Assembly (NCBI GenBank): GCA_003599145.1
Contig: QZIT01000005.1
Span: 127,961-191,960 of the forward strand
Reading direction: 5' to 3'
From: Candidatus Woesearchaeota archaeon
GTDB taxonomy: Archaea > Nanobdellota > Nanobdellia > Woesearchaeales > UBA9642
Length of the DNA stretch: 64,000 nt
Shown piece by piece: positions 20,457-30,376 of this stretch (positions within the stretch are counted from its first letter, which is position 1; each line of letters begins with the position of its first letter). The position numbers and the translations under genes are program-made. The notes below the pieces were generated by a model, which did not search any database, was not told the DNA's origin, and saw only the letters and a list, made by a program, of their open reading frames with translations.

Positions 20457-20990
20457 TTAAAGCGGTTTAGGGATGCTGTCCTTTATGTCCTTAAAAGAAA
20501 CTTTGATTGCTCGTTTTTTGAGCCGCTCGTAATCAGATATCGCTTTATTAATCATGACGTAGGCAGCATCCTGAGCAAAAAGAAAGTTTTTATCTGTGTC
20601 ATCAAATTTCTCTATACCCTTTTTATTGTATGGAATTGCAACGATTACTGATAAATTGTCAATATATTCTGGATGGCGCATTTTTCCAGCATCTAAGGAA
20701 ATTCTTCCTTCCGGACGAGTGTCTTGTTGATGGTAGATTATATGTTCATCACGCTCAAAGGGCATATCCTTAAAATCGTCAGCGATTATCTCTATGTCTG
20801 CAGTAAGGGTGCCAAGAAAAGGAACTTGAACTTTCAGTCTATAATCAACCTTTGCGCGTGTGATAGTAAGTTTTAAGCCTTGATTGCTCGTAAGTACTCC
20901 CCCTTCATACTTGCAGTCATGAATATATCTGCCTCCTGTTGATAGCACAAGGCTGATTTCTCTAGATTCAATAACCGCATCCAAAGTCAT
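20457..20990 (-). CDS. hypothetical protein, paralog B (177 aa)
   Basis: Starts MTLDAVIESR; C-terminal AYVMINKAISDYER; tandem with paralog A, 38-nt spacer. Confidence 0.55.
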   Translation of the reverse strand: MTLDAVIESREISLVLSTGGRYIHDCKYEGGVLTSNQGLKLTITRAKVDYRLKVQVPFLGTLTADIEIIADDFKDMPFERDEHIIYHQQDTRPEGRISLDAGKMRHPEYIDNLSVIVAIPYNKKGIEKFDDTDKNFLFAQDAAYVMINKAISDYERLKKRAIKVSFKDIKDSIPKPL

Positions 20991-21030
20991 AAGCGGGAGA
21001 ATTGTTTATAGATTTATAAATGTTTAGAAA

Positions 21031-21576
21031 CTACTTTTTCAACTTTTCTTTTTTTGCCTTATCGCTGATAATGGCAGAATTTCCTGTCGGATCTTCAAGA
21101 ATCAATTTGGCTTTTTCCTGTCCCCACAGTATCTTTGTTATTTTTTTCGCCAGATTTTTTGCCTTTTTTCTTTCTTCTTCATCATCGCTATTGTCCCGTA
21201 TATTTTCAACCTGCTTCTGCATTCTGTTCAAAATGCCCTCGACATTGGTTACATAGCCATTTGATGAAGGGCCAGATTCAATGTCCCCTACAAAAGGAAT
21301 CTTGATGGTTGCATTGCTTGATTTTGCAACGCGTATTTTCATATCTGCTTCTGAAGTAATCTCAAGTGTATATTTGCATGGCTCCTTGTCTTCGTCGTTT
21401 TCAATGTCTGCTTTATGATAGCCGCATTTATTGCAGTCCATGGAAAAGAAATAGGTTTTGCCAAAGTAAGGAATATCTTTTTGATAGTCCATCAGCGTCA
21501 ATCCTTTTTGACTGCATACAGGACATATTTGCTCTTCAAGCACTTCCATTTCTTCAGCCATTTGCGCCATAGTCAT
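21031..21576 (-). CDS. ZPR1-type zinc-finger protein (archaeal)
   Basis: CPVCSQKG...IPYFG...MDCNKCGY zinc ribbon followed by beta-rich domain, about 180 aa. Confidence 0.7.
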   Translation of the reverse strand: MTMAQMAEEMEVLEEQICPVCSQKGLTLMDYQKDIPYFGKTYFFSMDCNKCGYHKADIENDEDKEPCKYTLEITSEADMKIRVAKSSNATIKIPFVGDIESGPSSNGYVTNVEGILNRMQKQVENIRDNSDDEEERKKAKNLAKKITKILWGQEKAKLILEDPTGNSAIISDKAKKEKLKK

Positions 21577-21669
21577 TTCTGTGATTGCGTGCTTTAAATA
21601 CTTTGTTGTCAGGCAATATATAAACTAAAACAAGTATAAAAAGAAAGTATATGATGTAATTGTTGAAAA

Positions 21670-22071
21670 TTATTCTTCAGACACTTCTTTTGTCTGGCCT
21701 TTTGTCTTGTAAATCTGGGCAAAATTAGGCACAGCAACAACCATGTCTTCACTGAATCCTGCAACATCGCCTTCAATGGCGTCACAGGTTTTCTTAAGCT
21801 TGTTAATGGCTCTTTTCAATTCAACAATGTCTTTTTCTTTTAATGGCCTGATGTTGATTAAGGCAATCGTGTTTCCTTCTCTCAAGGCATCGATAATGGT
21901 TTTAATGTCAGAGAAATCTTCCATAGTAAAAGGCCTTACGATGACCTTCGTTGGCATGTCTCCCTGTTCTGTATCCAGTTCAACATAATCCTCATTAGGC
22001 GTGCCTTCTTCATCATCTTCAAAATCAGTACGGGTAAATGTTTTTTTCAATCCTGCGAAAAACTTTTTCAT
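21670..22071 (-). CDS. sepF: SepF-like cell-division protein
   Basis: VIVRPFTMEDFSDIKTIIDALREGNTIALINIRPL resembles the SepF/DUF552 core. Confidence 0.6.
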   Translation of the reverse strand: MKKFFAGLKKTFTRTDFEDDEEGTPNEDYVELDTEQGDMPTKVIVRPFTMEDFSDIKTIIDALREGNTIALINIRPLKEKDIVELKRAINKLKKTCDAIEGDVAGFSEDMVVAVPNFAQIYKTKGQTKEVSEE

Positions 22072-22130
22072 GAGTAATCCCTCCGCGTATGGTATATAAA
22101 CTTCTTAGTTATATATAAAGTTTTCTTTTT

Positions 22131-23120
22131 TTATAAATAGGGACCCATTTCTTTCTTCAATTCCTCTATATAATCAACAGGCGACGGGTCTATCCTGTAG
22201 CGCAAGGCCAAAAAGTAGGTGGTTAAATCGCCTATATGGATAGCGGTAAAAAGCTGTGAAAGATAATTTTCCCCTTTGATGTTTAAGGAAGTCACGGTTG
22301 TTTTTCTCCTGATGAGCTTTTCCGTGATGTCCATTCTTTTTTGTATTCTTTTATGGTCAAGATCGCTTTTCAAAAAGATAACATGAAAATGCCCTATGAG
22401 ATGCTCAAAGCCCATGATGGCGTTATGATCTAATTCAGGAAATGCATGGGAGAAAGCCATGACCTTTGCATTTTCATTGAACTGTGTTTTCCATCTGTAC
22501 GCTATGCTGGAAAATTTATTTGAAGAGTAAATGATGGGAATTTTATTGTAGTTTTTTTCTAGTAAATCCTTTGCAATTTTTTCATAGCCTTCTTTTTTCA
22601 GCGCATTGATGGTTTGCCTTACGGCAGTATCCTGGCTTTTCAGGAGTTTTGCGTTTTCTAAAGCACTTAACATAGGGAAGAACATGTAAGCAACGGCGTT
22701 TCTTGGCTGCATGAATTTGGGTATTAACACAATCTGGGTCTTTTCATCCTGAGCAAGCTTTAGCAATCTGCCTCCTGAAGTGATAACCACAATGAGTGCT
22801 TTTTTCTTTCTTGCTTCCCTGTAGGCAGAAATGGTCTCTTCTGTATTTCCGCTGTAAGAACTGGCAAAAACCAACGTCTTTTCATCAATCCAGTCAGGAA
22901 TGTTATAATCTCTGATAACCGTAACAGGAACATTGGCAATATAGCTTTGCAGAATGTCTCCTGCAATGGCACTTCCGCCCATGCCAATAATGACGATTTT
23001 GTCTACAGGCTTATCAACCCTTATATAATCGCCCATTTTATAAGCTTCAGCAATTTGGGATGGCAATTGATCAATTGCCTTTTTCATATCCTGGCTGTCT
23101 AAATTAATCTCCTTTCCCAT
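22131..23120 (-). CDS. bifunctional phosphoglucose/phosphomannose isomerase (SIS domain)
   Basis: IIGMGGSAIAGD SIS motif, about 330 aa, archaeal PGI/PMI family. Confidence 0.75.
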   Translation of the reverse strand: MGKEINLDSQDMKKAIDQLPSQIAEAYKMGDYIRVDKPVDKIVIIGMGGSAIAGDILQSYIANVPVTVIRDYNIPDWIDEKTLVFASSYSGNTEETISAYREARKKKALIVVITSGGRLLKLAQDEKTQIVLIPKFMQPRNAVAYMFFPMLSALENAKLLKSQDTAVRQTINALKKEGYEKIAKDLLEKNYNKIPIIYSSNKFSSIAYRWKTQFNENAKVMAFSHAFPELDHNAIMGFEHLIGHFHVIFLKSDLDHKRIQKRMDITEKLIRRKTTVTSLNIKGENYLSQLFTAIHIGDLTTYFLALRYRIDPSPVDYIEELKKEMGPYL

Positions 23121-23199
23121 ACTTCTTTCAATAGCATAAGGAGTATTTAAAGTTTGTTGAAATGGTTAGCTATATAAGGAATTATGCAATTCTGAAGGC

Positions 23200-23640
23200 A
23201 TGAGTGATATTGCAATCACCGTAATTAAAGCAGAAGAAGACCTCATAGACCTAATTTCTTTAAAGCAGGCATGTGATGAACTGTATGTGGGTCCTATTTC
23301 TGAAGATTCGGCTTTGCATAAATTGCTGAATATGAACGCATATAGTGACTTTTATGTTGCCAGAAGAGGGCAACAACCGATTGGTTATGTGCAAGGAAAT
23401 GCTGTTGGAGAAGCATATTATTCAGAAGAAATGTACGTCATGCCTGAGTTCAGGCGTCAAGGCTGTGCAAGTGCGTTGATAAAAGCCCAAATTGAATTTG
23501 CAAGAAAGTCTGGATTAAAAACAGTACAGACAGTCCTCAGCAAGGAAAATAGTACAGGAATTAAACTTTATGAGCAATGCGGTTTTCAATGTGCAGCACA
23601 TTCTGACACCATGCTTACTTTAGCGTATGGTATTTCCTAA
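23200..23640 (+). CDS. GNAT family N-acetyltransferase
   Basis: VMPEFRRQGCASALIKAQIEFARKSGLKTV acetyl-CoA binding motif A. Confidence 0.8.
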   Translation: MSDIAITVIKAEEDLIDLISLKQACDELYVGPISEDSALHKLLNMNAYSDFYVARRGQQPIGYVQGNAVGEAYYSEEMYVMPEFRRQGCASALIKAQIEFARKSGLKTVQTVLSKENSTGIKLYEQCGFQCAAHSDTMLTLAYGIS

Positions 23641-23661
23641 TTTTCCATAATCTTTAAATAG
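23638..23661 (+). promoter_or_regulatory. 24-nt promoter repeat copy 1 (taattttccataatctttaaatag) with TATA-like ctttaaata
   Basis: Identical 24-mer occurs again at 24317-24340; each copy precedes a membrane-protein gene. Confidence 0.5.
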
Positions 23662-23735
23662 ACTGTCATCAAATGCCTGTTAAGATGCGTTTAGACACTT
23701 TTATAAAGAATAAATAGCCAATTTAGGTTGTTAAT

Positions 23736-24260
23736 ATGTTAAATGAAAAAATAATAAATTTGAAGTTTGGCTATCTTTTTTTATTTTCTAATCTTATCAT
23801 TTTTGCAGCATTTATTCTCGTAGCTTTAGCATTGTCTTCTCTAGAAAGAAGTATTTACCCTTCTTTCCTAGTACTTGGCATTTTATTGCTTATCTCCTGC
23901 AGATACTATCTAATAAAACTGGGAAAAACAGAAAAAAATAATAAATTGAACAAAATAGGAAAAATATTTTTCTGGATAGGGATATTCCTGGCAATACTAG
24001 CCTATATTGTAATCGTAACTATTGCAACAAATGCCTGTAAATATACTAGCCATGCTGAATGTGGTTTTGGATATGGAATTCTTCTGATACTTTTTGAAAT
24101 AATAAGTCTTTTAACAATACTCATAGGAACAATCTTATGGATAAAGTCAAATTATGGGGGCAAAAACACTTTTAAGTTATCTTTAATGTTCATAGCATCT
24201 TTAATTATGCAATGGATTCTCATGAAGATATTGGGATATGTCTATTTTAAAATTATCTAA
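23736..24260 (+). CDS. hypothetical integral membrane protein
   Basis: Multiple hydrophobic helices, 174 aa. Confidence 0.55.
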   Translation: MLNEKIINLKFGYLFLFSNLIIFAAFILVALALSSLERSIYPSFLVLGILLLISCRYYLIKLGKTEKNNKLNKIGKIFFWIGIFLAILAYIVIVTIATNACKYTSHAECGFGYGILLILFEIISLLTILIGTILWIKSNYGGKNTFKLSLMFIASLIMQWILMKILGYVYFKII

Positions 24261-24316
24261 ATTCAAAAGAGACACTATCTAACGCATATAAAAAGAGACT
24301 AAAATGTGCTCTCGAA

Positions 24317-24340
24317 TAATTTTCCATAATCTTTAAATAG
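24317..24340 (+). promoter_or_regulatory. 24-nt promoter repeat copy 2
   Basis: Exact copy of 23638-23661, 20 nt upstream of the ATG at 24361. Confidence 0.5.
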
Positions 24341-24360
24341 CCATCAATCTGCAAAAGAAT

Positions 24361-25104
24361 ATGAATCAGCATTTTAAGACCTTATTTAAATCATTCAGTC
24401 CAAAATCTTATCCAGAACTGACTGCAAGGCCGTTAAAAGATGCCTTCAGGTATTTTTTCTTTGTCATGCTTCTTGCAATCATTCTGCTTGCAGTATTATT
24501 CATTCCCGCAACGATAAGCTTTTCAAAGCATCTTGACTCTATGTTAAGCAGTTTTGACACGCTTGAATTAAAGTTTAATGCAGTGCAAAATGCACCGGTA
24601 ACTGTTTTTTCAAAGCCTTTAGTGGTTATAGACCTCAATAAAACCAACATGTCCAATGAACAGGTATTAATTACGCAAAAAGATTTTTTCTACAAAAAGT
24701 ATTTTGCCTTCGGCAAAGATGAAAAGTCATTGAAAACAATAGGCAACATCAAAAATTATGACAATCTCCTGCTTTACGCATTCATTTTTATGATTCCAGC
24801 GTTTCTTCTCTTGATATTTATTGCCTATACTTTAAAAAATTTGGCGCTCGCAGTGATACTTTCACTCATAGGATTCATTATTTTCAAAATCCTCAGCTAT
24901 GAAATTCGTTTTGGGCAGGTATTCAAAACAGCAATCTATTCGGCAACTATCATGATTCTTTTAGAAATTCTTTTGTTATTGTTTTTTCCGCTATTTTTAA
25001 TTCCTATGGTACTCTATATCCTTCTTTTTAGTATAGCCTGCTGGTTTGTTGGCCAGAAAAAATTCTCAGTCAAAGATGATTCTAACTCTAAGAGCAAACG
25101 TTGA
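24361..25104 (+). CDS. hypothetical integral membrane protein
   Basis: Several TM helices, 247 aa. Confidence 0.55.
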   Translation: MNQHFKTLFKSFSPKSYPELTARPLKDAFRYFFFVMLLAIILLAVLFIPATISFSKHLDSMLSSFDTLELKFNAVQNAPVTVFSKPLVVIDLNKTNMSNEQVLITQKDFFYKKYFAFGKDEKSLKTIGNIKNYDNLLLYAFIFMIPAFLLLIFIAYTLKNLALAVILSLIGFIIFKILSYEIRFGQVFKTAIYSATIMILLEILLLLFFPLFLIPMVLYILLFSIACWFVGQKKFSVKDDSNSKSKR

Positions 25105-25108
25105 AATC

Positions 25109-25420
25109 ATGGGCAGAAAAATGCTCAGGGAACACAGCATTGAAATAGATAAATATACAAAAGTATCAGAAATGCCTTTATTATATGGCATCAGCCTTCC
25201 CAAAAACAGCTTGGAATCGAAGTTAGTGCAGGGATCAAAAGTTTTTGCCCTTAACGTCGTGAAGCATGCAAAAAAAGAAACCCTAGAGTGCAAAAAAATT
25301 GACTGCTTTTGCTTTGCGTCAGCAGAAGTTATAGAGTGTGAAGTTGTTCAGGAAATAGAAGCGGGAGACCATCTGTTCTTTGTGGGAAAAGTTCTGCACG
25401 AAACCAAAAACTATAAATAG
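25109..25420 (+). CDS. short flavin-reductase-like domain protein (start trimmed to MGRKML)
   Basis: C-terminal GDHLFFVGKVLH resembles the FMN-binding split-barrel motif; track start 25046 would overlap the preceding gene. Confidence 0.35.
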   Translation: MGRKMLREHSIEIDKYTKVSEMPLLYGISLPKNSLESKLVQGSKVFALNVVKHAKKETLECKKIDCFCFASAEVIECEVVQEIEAGDHLFFVGKVLHETKNYK

Positions 25421-25440
25421 GGACCGCCTTTTATAGAACC

Positions 25441-25980
25441 ATGGAAACAATTTCTGAAAAAGAGAAAAAAATTGAAACACTGGCAAAAACCCTCAGATTA
25501 ACAGGCTTTGCAAGTTCTGATACTCAAGCAAAGAAAATGGCAGAAGAAATGTTAGGTATAGATGAAAAAATCCAGAAGCAATATGCAGACGCAGATAAGG
25601 CAGTGAAAAAGCCTCAAGTTATTCCTGAAAAAATGCCAGAAGCTATTAAAACAGCTGAAACATCTGATTTTCCTGAAGACACGCCTTTAGGAGAGTTAAT
25701 GCGGGCATCAGAAAACAAAAAAGAGGTTTCTGCAGAAGAAGAACAAACAGAAGAACCTCAAAGGCAAGAGCAGGCTGAAAAAATAAGCTTGGACGATGAA
25801 GCGCCTGAAGAAGTGACCGCTGAAACAGAAAGCTCTGAAGAGCCTGAAATGCAGAAAGAGAATACTGAAGAAGAAACAGAAAAAAAAGAAGAAACTGCTC
25901 CAGAACCAGCAAAAAAAGAACAGCCAAAAGAAGAAAACAAAGTAGATTTAAGCGAAATTTTTAATTTCGGGAAACGATAA
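25441..25980 (+). CDS. acidic low-complexity protein
   Basis: E/K/T-rich, 179 aa, no domain. Confidence 0.4.
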   Translation: METISEKEKKIETLAKTLRLTGFASSDTQAKKMAEEMLGIDEKIQKQYADADKAVKKPQVIPEKMPEAIKTAETSDFPEDTPLGELMRASENKKEVSAEEEQTEEPQRQEQAEKISLDDEAPEEVTAETESSEEPEMQKENTEEETEKKEETAPEPAKKEQPKEENKVDLSEIFNFGKR

Positions 25981-26099
25981 AATTCTCATTATTTTTTACG
26001 TATCTTTTTTTCTATTTATGTGCAAAGCCCCAAAAACCACAAACTTTATAAATAATAAATTACTGCTGAGTGATGACAATCGTATGGAGGGTTTAGAAA

Positions 26100-27704
26100 A
26101 TGAAAAACGTACTTATCTTTAGCGTTGTTTTACTATTATTGACAGGTTTTGTCATGGCTGTACCAAATGCAGTCATCAGCGCAAATCCAACCAATGGCGT
26201 TGCACCATTGACTGTTGCCTTTGACGGGACAGGAAGCACAGGCAACATAGTGAGTTATTCTTGGGATTTTGGAGACACAAGCACGGCAAATACTGCTGCA
26301 GTGAATCATCAGTTTGCCAATCCTGGAACGTACAACGTTGTATTAACCGTTACCGACAATGAAAGCGCTACGGATACGGCAACAGAAACAATAACCGTTA
26401 CACCTTCTGCAAGCTCAGGCATTGCCATTGAAGGAGATTTAGATTTCGGAGATGAAAACCAGGTTAGAGAAACAACTCTTACGAAAACAATCACTATCAA
26501 GAACACAGGTTCCAATACACTTACAGATATAGTACTCAGCTCAACAGCAGCAACCAAATACGGCGTAACCTTTAGCCCTGCAACGATTGCATCATTAAAC
26601 TCATTGCAAACTGCCCAGGTAGTTGTTTCCCTTACTGTTCCTGATGATCAGGATGCAGGACAGGCAAAAGCAGGCATTGTTGCTGCAACAGGAACTGCTT
26701 CTGGACAAACAGTTACCGCACAGAAAGATATTTTAGTCAGTGCAGAATCAAACTTGAGAATTGAAGATGTTGATTATGAAATTGATGGAGGAGATTCAGG
26801 GGATTTAGATAATGGAGAAGACTTTGACAGTGCTCCTGGAGACCAAATAACCTTAACCATCAAAGTTGAAAATACGTTTAGCGACGACATTGACATTGAA
26901 GATATAACCGTTACCGTTGAAGGAGAAGGCGATGTTGATGTTGATGAAGAAGAGAATATTGATACGTTAAGAGACGATGACTCAGATACCGTCACCATAA
27001 CCTTTGATGTTGACTCTGATGCAGACGAAGATGAATACGACATCGACATAACGGTTGAAGGAGAAGACGAGAATGGTGCAAGCCATGATGACCAATGGAC
27101 CATAACCGTCAATGTTGAAAAAAAGACGCACGACATTCAAATCATCAATCTCGAATTGAGCAAGACAACCGTTACCTGTGAAAACAGCATAACCCTTGAA
27201 GCAGAATTGAGCAACGAAGGAACCAAGGATGAAGGAAGCGTTGTTATTGAAGCAGAATCTGCATTGTTTGACTGGAAAGGAAGACTGGTCAATATAGACA
27301 TTGATGAAGGCGATGAATACACGGCAAGATTTACCATTGCACTTCCAAAAAACCTTGAAGAAGGCGAATACCCAATCGATGTTACTGCATTTTACAAGCC
27401 AGATGAAGAAACAGATACTCAGTCAGTAAGCTTTACTGCAAACGGATGCAACCCTGAACCTATAGTGCAAACGCACATGGTATGCAGAAGCAATGCATGT
27501 GTTGAAGTTTCAGGTTCTGGCAATGACGAATGCCTTTTGAACAGCGATTGCATTGTTGAAGAACCAGAATTCCCAGACGGAAATGTTGTCTATGGCAATT
27601 CAGGACAGGCAATTCCTAACTGGATGCTCCTTGCATTGTTGGGAGTTGGCGTTTTAATTGCAGTCGTCTTGATTATCGTCTTGCTTGTACGATTGGCAAG
27701 ATAA
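26100..27704 (+). CDS. cell-surface protein: signal peptide, PKD domain, D/E-rich region, C-terminal TM anchor
   Basis: PTNGVAPLTVAFDGTGS...YSWDFGDTS...HQFANPGTYNVVLTVTDN is a PKD domain; C-terminal WMLLALLGVGVLIAVVLIIVLLV TM helix. Confidence 0.8.
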   Translation: MKNVLIFSVVLLLLTGFVMAVPNAVISANPTNGVAPLTVAFDGTGSTGNIVSYSWDFGDTSTANTAAVNHQFANPGTYNVVLTVTDNESATDTATETITVTPSASSGIAIEGDLDFGDENQVRETTLTKTITIKNTGSNTLTDIVLSSTAATKYGVTFSPATIASLNSLQTAQVVVSLTVPDDQDAGQAKAGIVAATGTASGQTVTAQKDILVSAESNLRIEDVDYEIDGGDSGDLDNGEDFDSAPGDQITLTIKVENTFSDDIDIEDITVTVEGEGDVDVDEEENIDTLRDDDSDTVTITFDVDSDADEDEYDIDITVEGEDENGASHDDQWTITVNVEKKTHDIQIINLELSKTTVTCENSITLEAELSNEGTKDEGSVVIEAESALFDWKGRLVNIDIDEGDEYTARFTIALPKNLEEGEYPIDVTAFYKPDEETDTQSVSFTANGCNPEPIVQTHMVCRSNACVEVSGSGNDECLLNSDCIVEEPEFPDGNVVYGNSGQAIPNWMLLALLGVGVLIAVVLIIVLLVRLAR

Positions 27705-27772
27705 TTTTTTATTTTTTTATTTGTTTTTTCTTGATTAATAAGTTATTTTCTTTATGTTGCTATTTTTTAAAA

Positions 27773-28348
27773 TCATAAAACAATGAGCGCTTTTTTCAAT
27801 GCAGAAAGCCTTTTGCTATTTGCTCTAAACTTCACATTGGCAACAGCAACAAGGTATTTGACATACGTATCATCAACGAGAAGCTTTCCTTTTTCAGAAA
27901 GGGGAATTTCCATTCGTTCGCTCCCCATAATTTCCACCATAATTTTATTGCTTGTTGCAAAAATGCCTGTTCGTTTAAATCCCACAGTTCTCGCCAGCAT
28001 AACGAGCTTTTCAGCATGCTGCAACGTTCTGCAGGCAACGTGAAGTATTAAACCTTCTTGCCTTAGCCAGACGGTTTGACTAGGCATATTTTTTAAGGCG
28101 CGTTGTATTTTTTGAAACGTTACTGCTTCATGGCTCATAAACAGCCATTGAGGTTCATACTTTTTCATGTTTTCCTCTGCAGCCATCACATAAATTCTTC
28201 CTGAACAGCTGCTCGTAGTAACATAGTCTTTCTTCTTATTAAGGATGTTCAGTAAAGGAAGTATTGGCTTATCCAGAGACCCTTTTCTGCTTTTGTCTAT
28301 GGTCTGTAATTTATGGAGAATGTCTTTCTTATTTTTGTCAAAGTCCAT
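27773..28348 (-). CDS. tRNA wybutosine-synthesis protein Taw3/TYW3-like methyltransferase
   Basis: DKSRKGSLDKPILPLLNILNKKKDYVTTSSCSGRI matches the TYW3 N-terminal signature. Confidence 0.75.
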   Translation of the reverse strand: MDFDKNKKDILHKLQTIDKSRKGSLDKPILPLLNILNKKKDYVTTSSCSGRIYVMAAEENMKKYEPQWLFMSHEAVTFQKIQRALKNMPSQTVWLRQEGLILHVACRTLQHAEKLVMLARTVGFKRTGIFATSNKIMVEIMGSERMEIPLSEKGKLLVDDTYVKYLVAVANVKFRANSKRLSALKKALIVL

Positions 28349-28380
28349 ACATCAATGAAGCATAACGTATTTTTATTATT

Positions 28381-28722
28381 TTGTATTTTAAGAAACTATT
28401 TATACCTTTAACCTTTTCTGCAAGCATGGTCACCACCTATACGCTAAACATTCCTCAGGAGGTTATGCCACAGAATAAAGCGCACATAGCTCAGCATATT
28501 GCAGCATACTTAGCCTCTCAGTTCGAAAGAAGTAACATAATTTATGCAAATAAGCAGTATGAAGTTATAGATTCTGATGACAACTTGCTTGCAGCAATAC
28601 AAGCAGTGCAGGAAACCATGGTAACTATAAAAACCCAAACTCCTTGGCAGGGAGGGAAAAAAGATCTTGAAAAGCGCATTTTTGAATACCTAAAACAACC
28701 TGTAGCTTCTTTACAAGCCTAG
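28381..28722 (+). CDS. hypothetical protein
   Basis: 113 aa, no motif. Confidence 0.4.
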   Translation: MYFKKLFIPLTFSASMVTTYTLNIPQEVMPQNKAHIAQHIAAYLASQFERSNIIYANKQYEVIDSDDNLLAAIQAVQETMVTIKTQTPWQGGKKDLEKRIFEYLKQPVASLQA

Positions 28723-28804
28723 CAAAGTTTTTATGCATTCTTACAGACATCATAGAAAACCATTCTCAGTAAAGTATATAAATAAAAGGGCGTTCATCAA
28801 AAAC

Positions 28805-29767
28805 ATGTTTGACTTGAAAATTATTTCAGGAAATTCTCATAAATCGTTGACAGAGAGCATTGCAAAATATTTGAATATTCCGGTAACGCAGATTGTTTCA
28901 AAACAGTTCAAGAACGGAGAGATTTATGTGAAGATTCTTGAAAGCATCCGAGGCGATGATGTTTTTGTCGTACAAACATGCTGCAATCCTGTCAATGATA
29001 ACCTGATGGAATTGTTATTGTTGATTGATGCACTGAAAAGGGCAAGCGCAGGAAGAATTACTGCTGTTATCCCAAATTATTTTTATGCCCGACAGGATAG
29101 AAAAGCAGAGGCAAGAGAGCCTATCAGCGCAAAGTTAATTGCAGATTTATTGACTGCTGCAGGCGTCAATAGAATTTTAACCATTGATTTGCATGCTTCG
29201 CAAGTGCAGGGCTTTTTCAATGTTCCTGTTGATGAACTGACTGCAGTTTCGCTTTTTGTTGAAGATATCCTTGCAAGAAAAATTCCTGACTTGATGGTTG
29301 TTGCTCCTGATTTAGGCGGCGTGAAAAGAGCAAGAATACTGAGCAATATTTTAGAAGTGCCTTTGGCCATTATCGATAAGAAAAGAAGCAGACACCATGA
29401 AACGGAAATTCATCATGTTATAGGCGATGTCAAAGGGAAAAACTGCATTTTGATAGACGACATGATTGATACAGGCTCAACGATTATTCCTGCCTGCATT
29501 GCTTTAAAGGAGCATAGATGCAAGGATATTTACACGTGCATAACGCATCCTGTCTTTTCAGGAAACGCCATAGACAACATTGAGAAAAGTTTGGTAAAAG
29601 AAGTTATCTGCACAGACACCATACCTCCAAAGAAAAGCGAAAAAATAAAAGTTATTTCTGTTGCGTTTTTATTGGGAAGAGCCATTCAAAACATTCACAA
29701 CAATGAATCAACATCAACTTTGTTTGATAAAATGGTTCAGCAGACGTTGAAGAAGATTAATCACTGA
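28805..29767 (+). CDS. prs: ribose-phosphate pyrophosphokinase (PRPP synthetase)
   Basis: DLHASQVQGFF and PRPP-binding IIDDMIDTGST motifs; start set at MFDLKIISG (track start 28733 is an upstream in-frame extension). Confidence 0.85.
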   Translation: MFDLKIISGNSHKSLTESIAKYLNIPVTQIVSKQFKNGEIYVKILESIRGDDVFVVQTCCNPVNDNLMELLLLIDALKRASAGRITAVIPNYFYARQDRKAEAREPISAKLIADLLTAAGVNRILTIDLHASQVQGFFNVPVDELTAVSLFVEDILARKIPDLMVVAPDLGGVKRARILSNILEVPLAIIDKKRSRHHETEIHHVIGDVKGKNCILIDDMIDTGSTIIPACIALKEHRCKDIYTCITHPVFSGNAIDNIEKSLVKEVICTDTIPPKKSEKIKVISVAFLLGRAIQNIHNNESTSTLFDKMVQQTLKKINH

Positions 29768-30015
29768 ATCTTTACTTTCTGTCCTATAGCCTGTCCCGGC
29801 AATCCAGTCTCAAAAACAGCCCTGACAGCGCCTTTATTGCCGTGGAAGTTAGAAATAGTTCCTATCATGTCTTTTTTTCCCGTATTCCAGACAACTTTCT
29901 TGCCTATTAACTTTGCAGCTTCTTCTTTTTTAGAAAGTCCTTCTACCTTGACCACAATCTGGTTGGGAGTCTGATGATGCCTTCCCATTCGGTAATTGAC
30001 AATAACGCCATTCAT
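29761..30015 (-). CDS. rpl35ae: 50S ribosomal protein L35Ae
   Basis: 84 aa; GKKVVW...GTISNFHGNKGAVRAVF pattern of L35Ae. Confidence 0.8.
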   Translation of the reverse strand: MNGVIVNYRMGRHHQTPNQIVVKVEGLSKKEEAAKLIGKKVVWNTGKKDMIGTISNFHGNKGAVRAVFETGLPGQAIGQKVKIQ

Positions 30016-30046
30016 GGTAAAAGGAAAAAGCAGGGGTATATAAAGA

Positions 30047-30376
30047 TTATGCTTTAGTGAAGATAGTACAGAGTGCGCCTTCTACTTTTTTTATTGTTTT
30101 TTCCTTTATATGCCCTATTTTATAGGAAATAATAGCTGTATCCGCTGTGAACAATCTTGCAGGTTTAATAAAACTATCAAGAGGAAGTTTTCCGTGTTGA
30201 AAATCAGTTTGCTTTAAAGCAATAAGGCCTTCATCCTCTTGACTGGTAATAAGCGAAAGAATAACATCATTTCCCTGCAGGACTGCAACAACTAGGCTTG
30301 GCCTTTTTTTAGTCGCTGTCAAGTCTGAAAATGGAAAAGGCAAAACAACAACGTCTCCTTTCATAAGTCTTTCCAT
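30047..30376 (-). CDS. PemK/MazF-like toxin
   Basis: GDVVVLPFPFSDLTATKKRPSLVVAV typical MazF/PemK N-terminus. Confidence 0.7.
   Translation of the reverse strand: MERLMKGDVVVLPFPFSDLTATKKRPSLVVAVLQGNDVILSLITSQEDEGLIALKQTDFQHGKLPLDSFIKPARLFTADTAIISYKIGHIKEKTIKKVEGALCTIFTKA

Noticed and set aside
26309-27337. Ser-rich antisense ORFs inside the PKD surface-protein gene
   Set aside because: They are antisense to a gene with a clear PKD domain and signal/TM ends. Their composition is the mirror of the D/E-rich sense frame.
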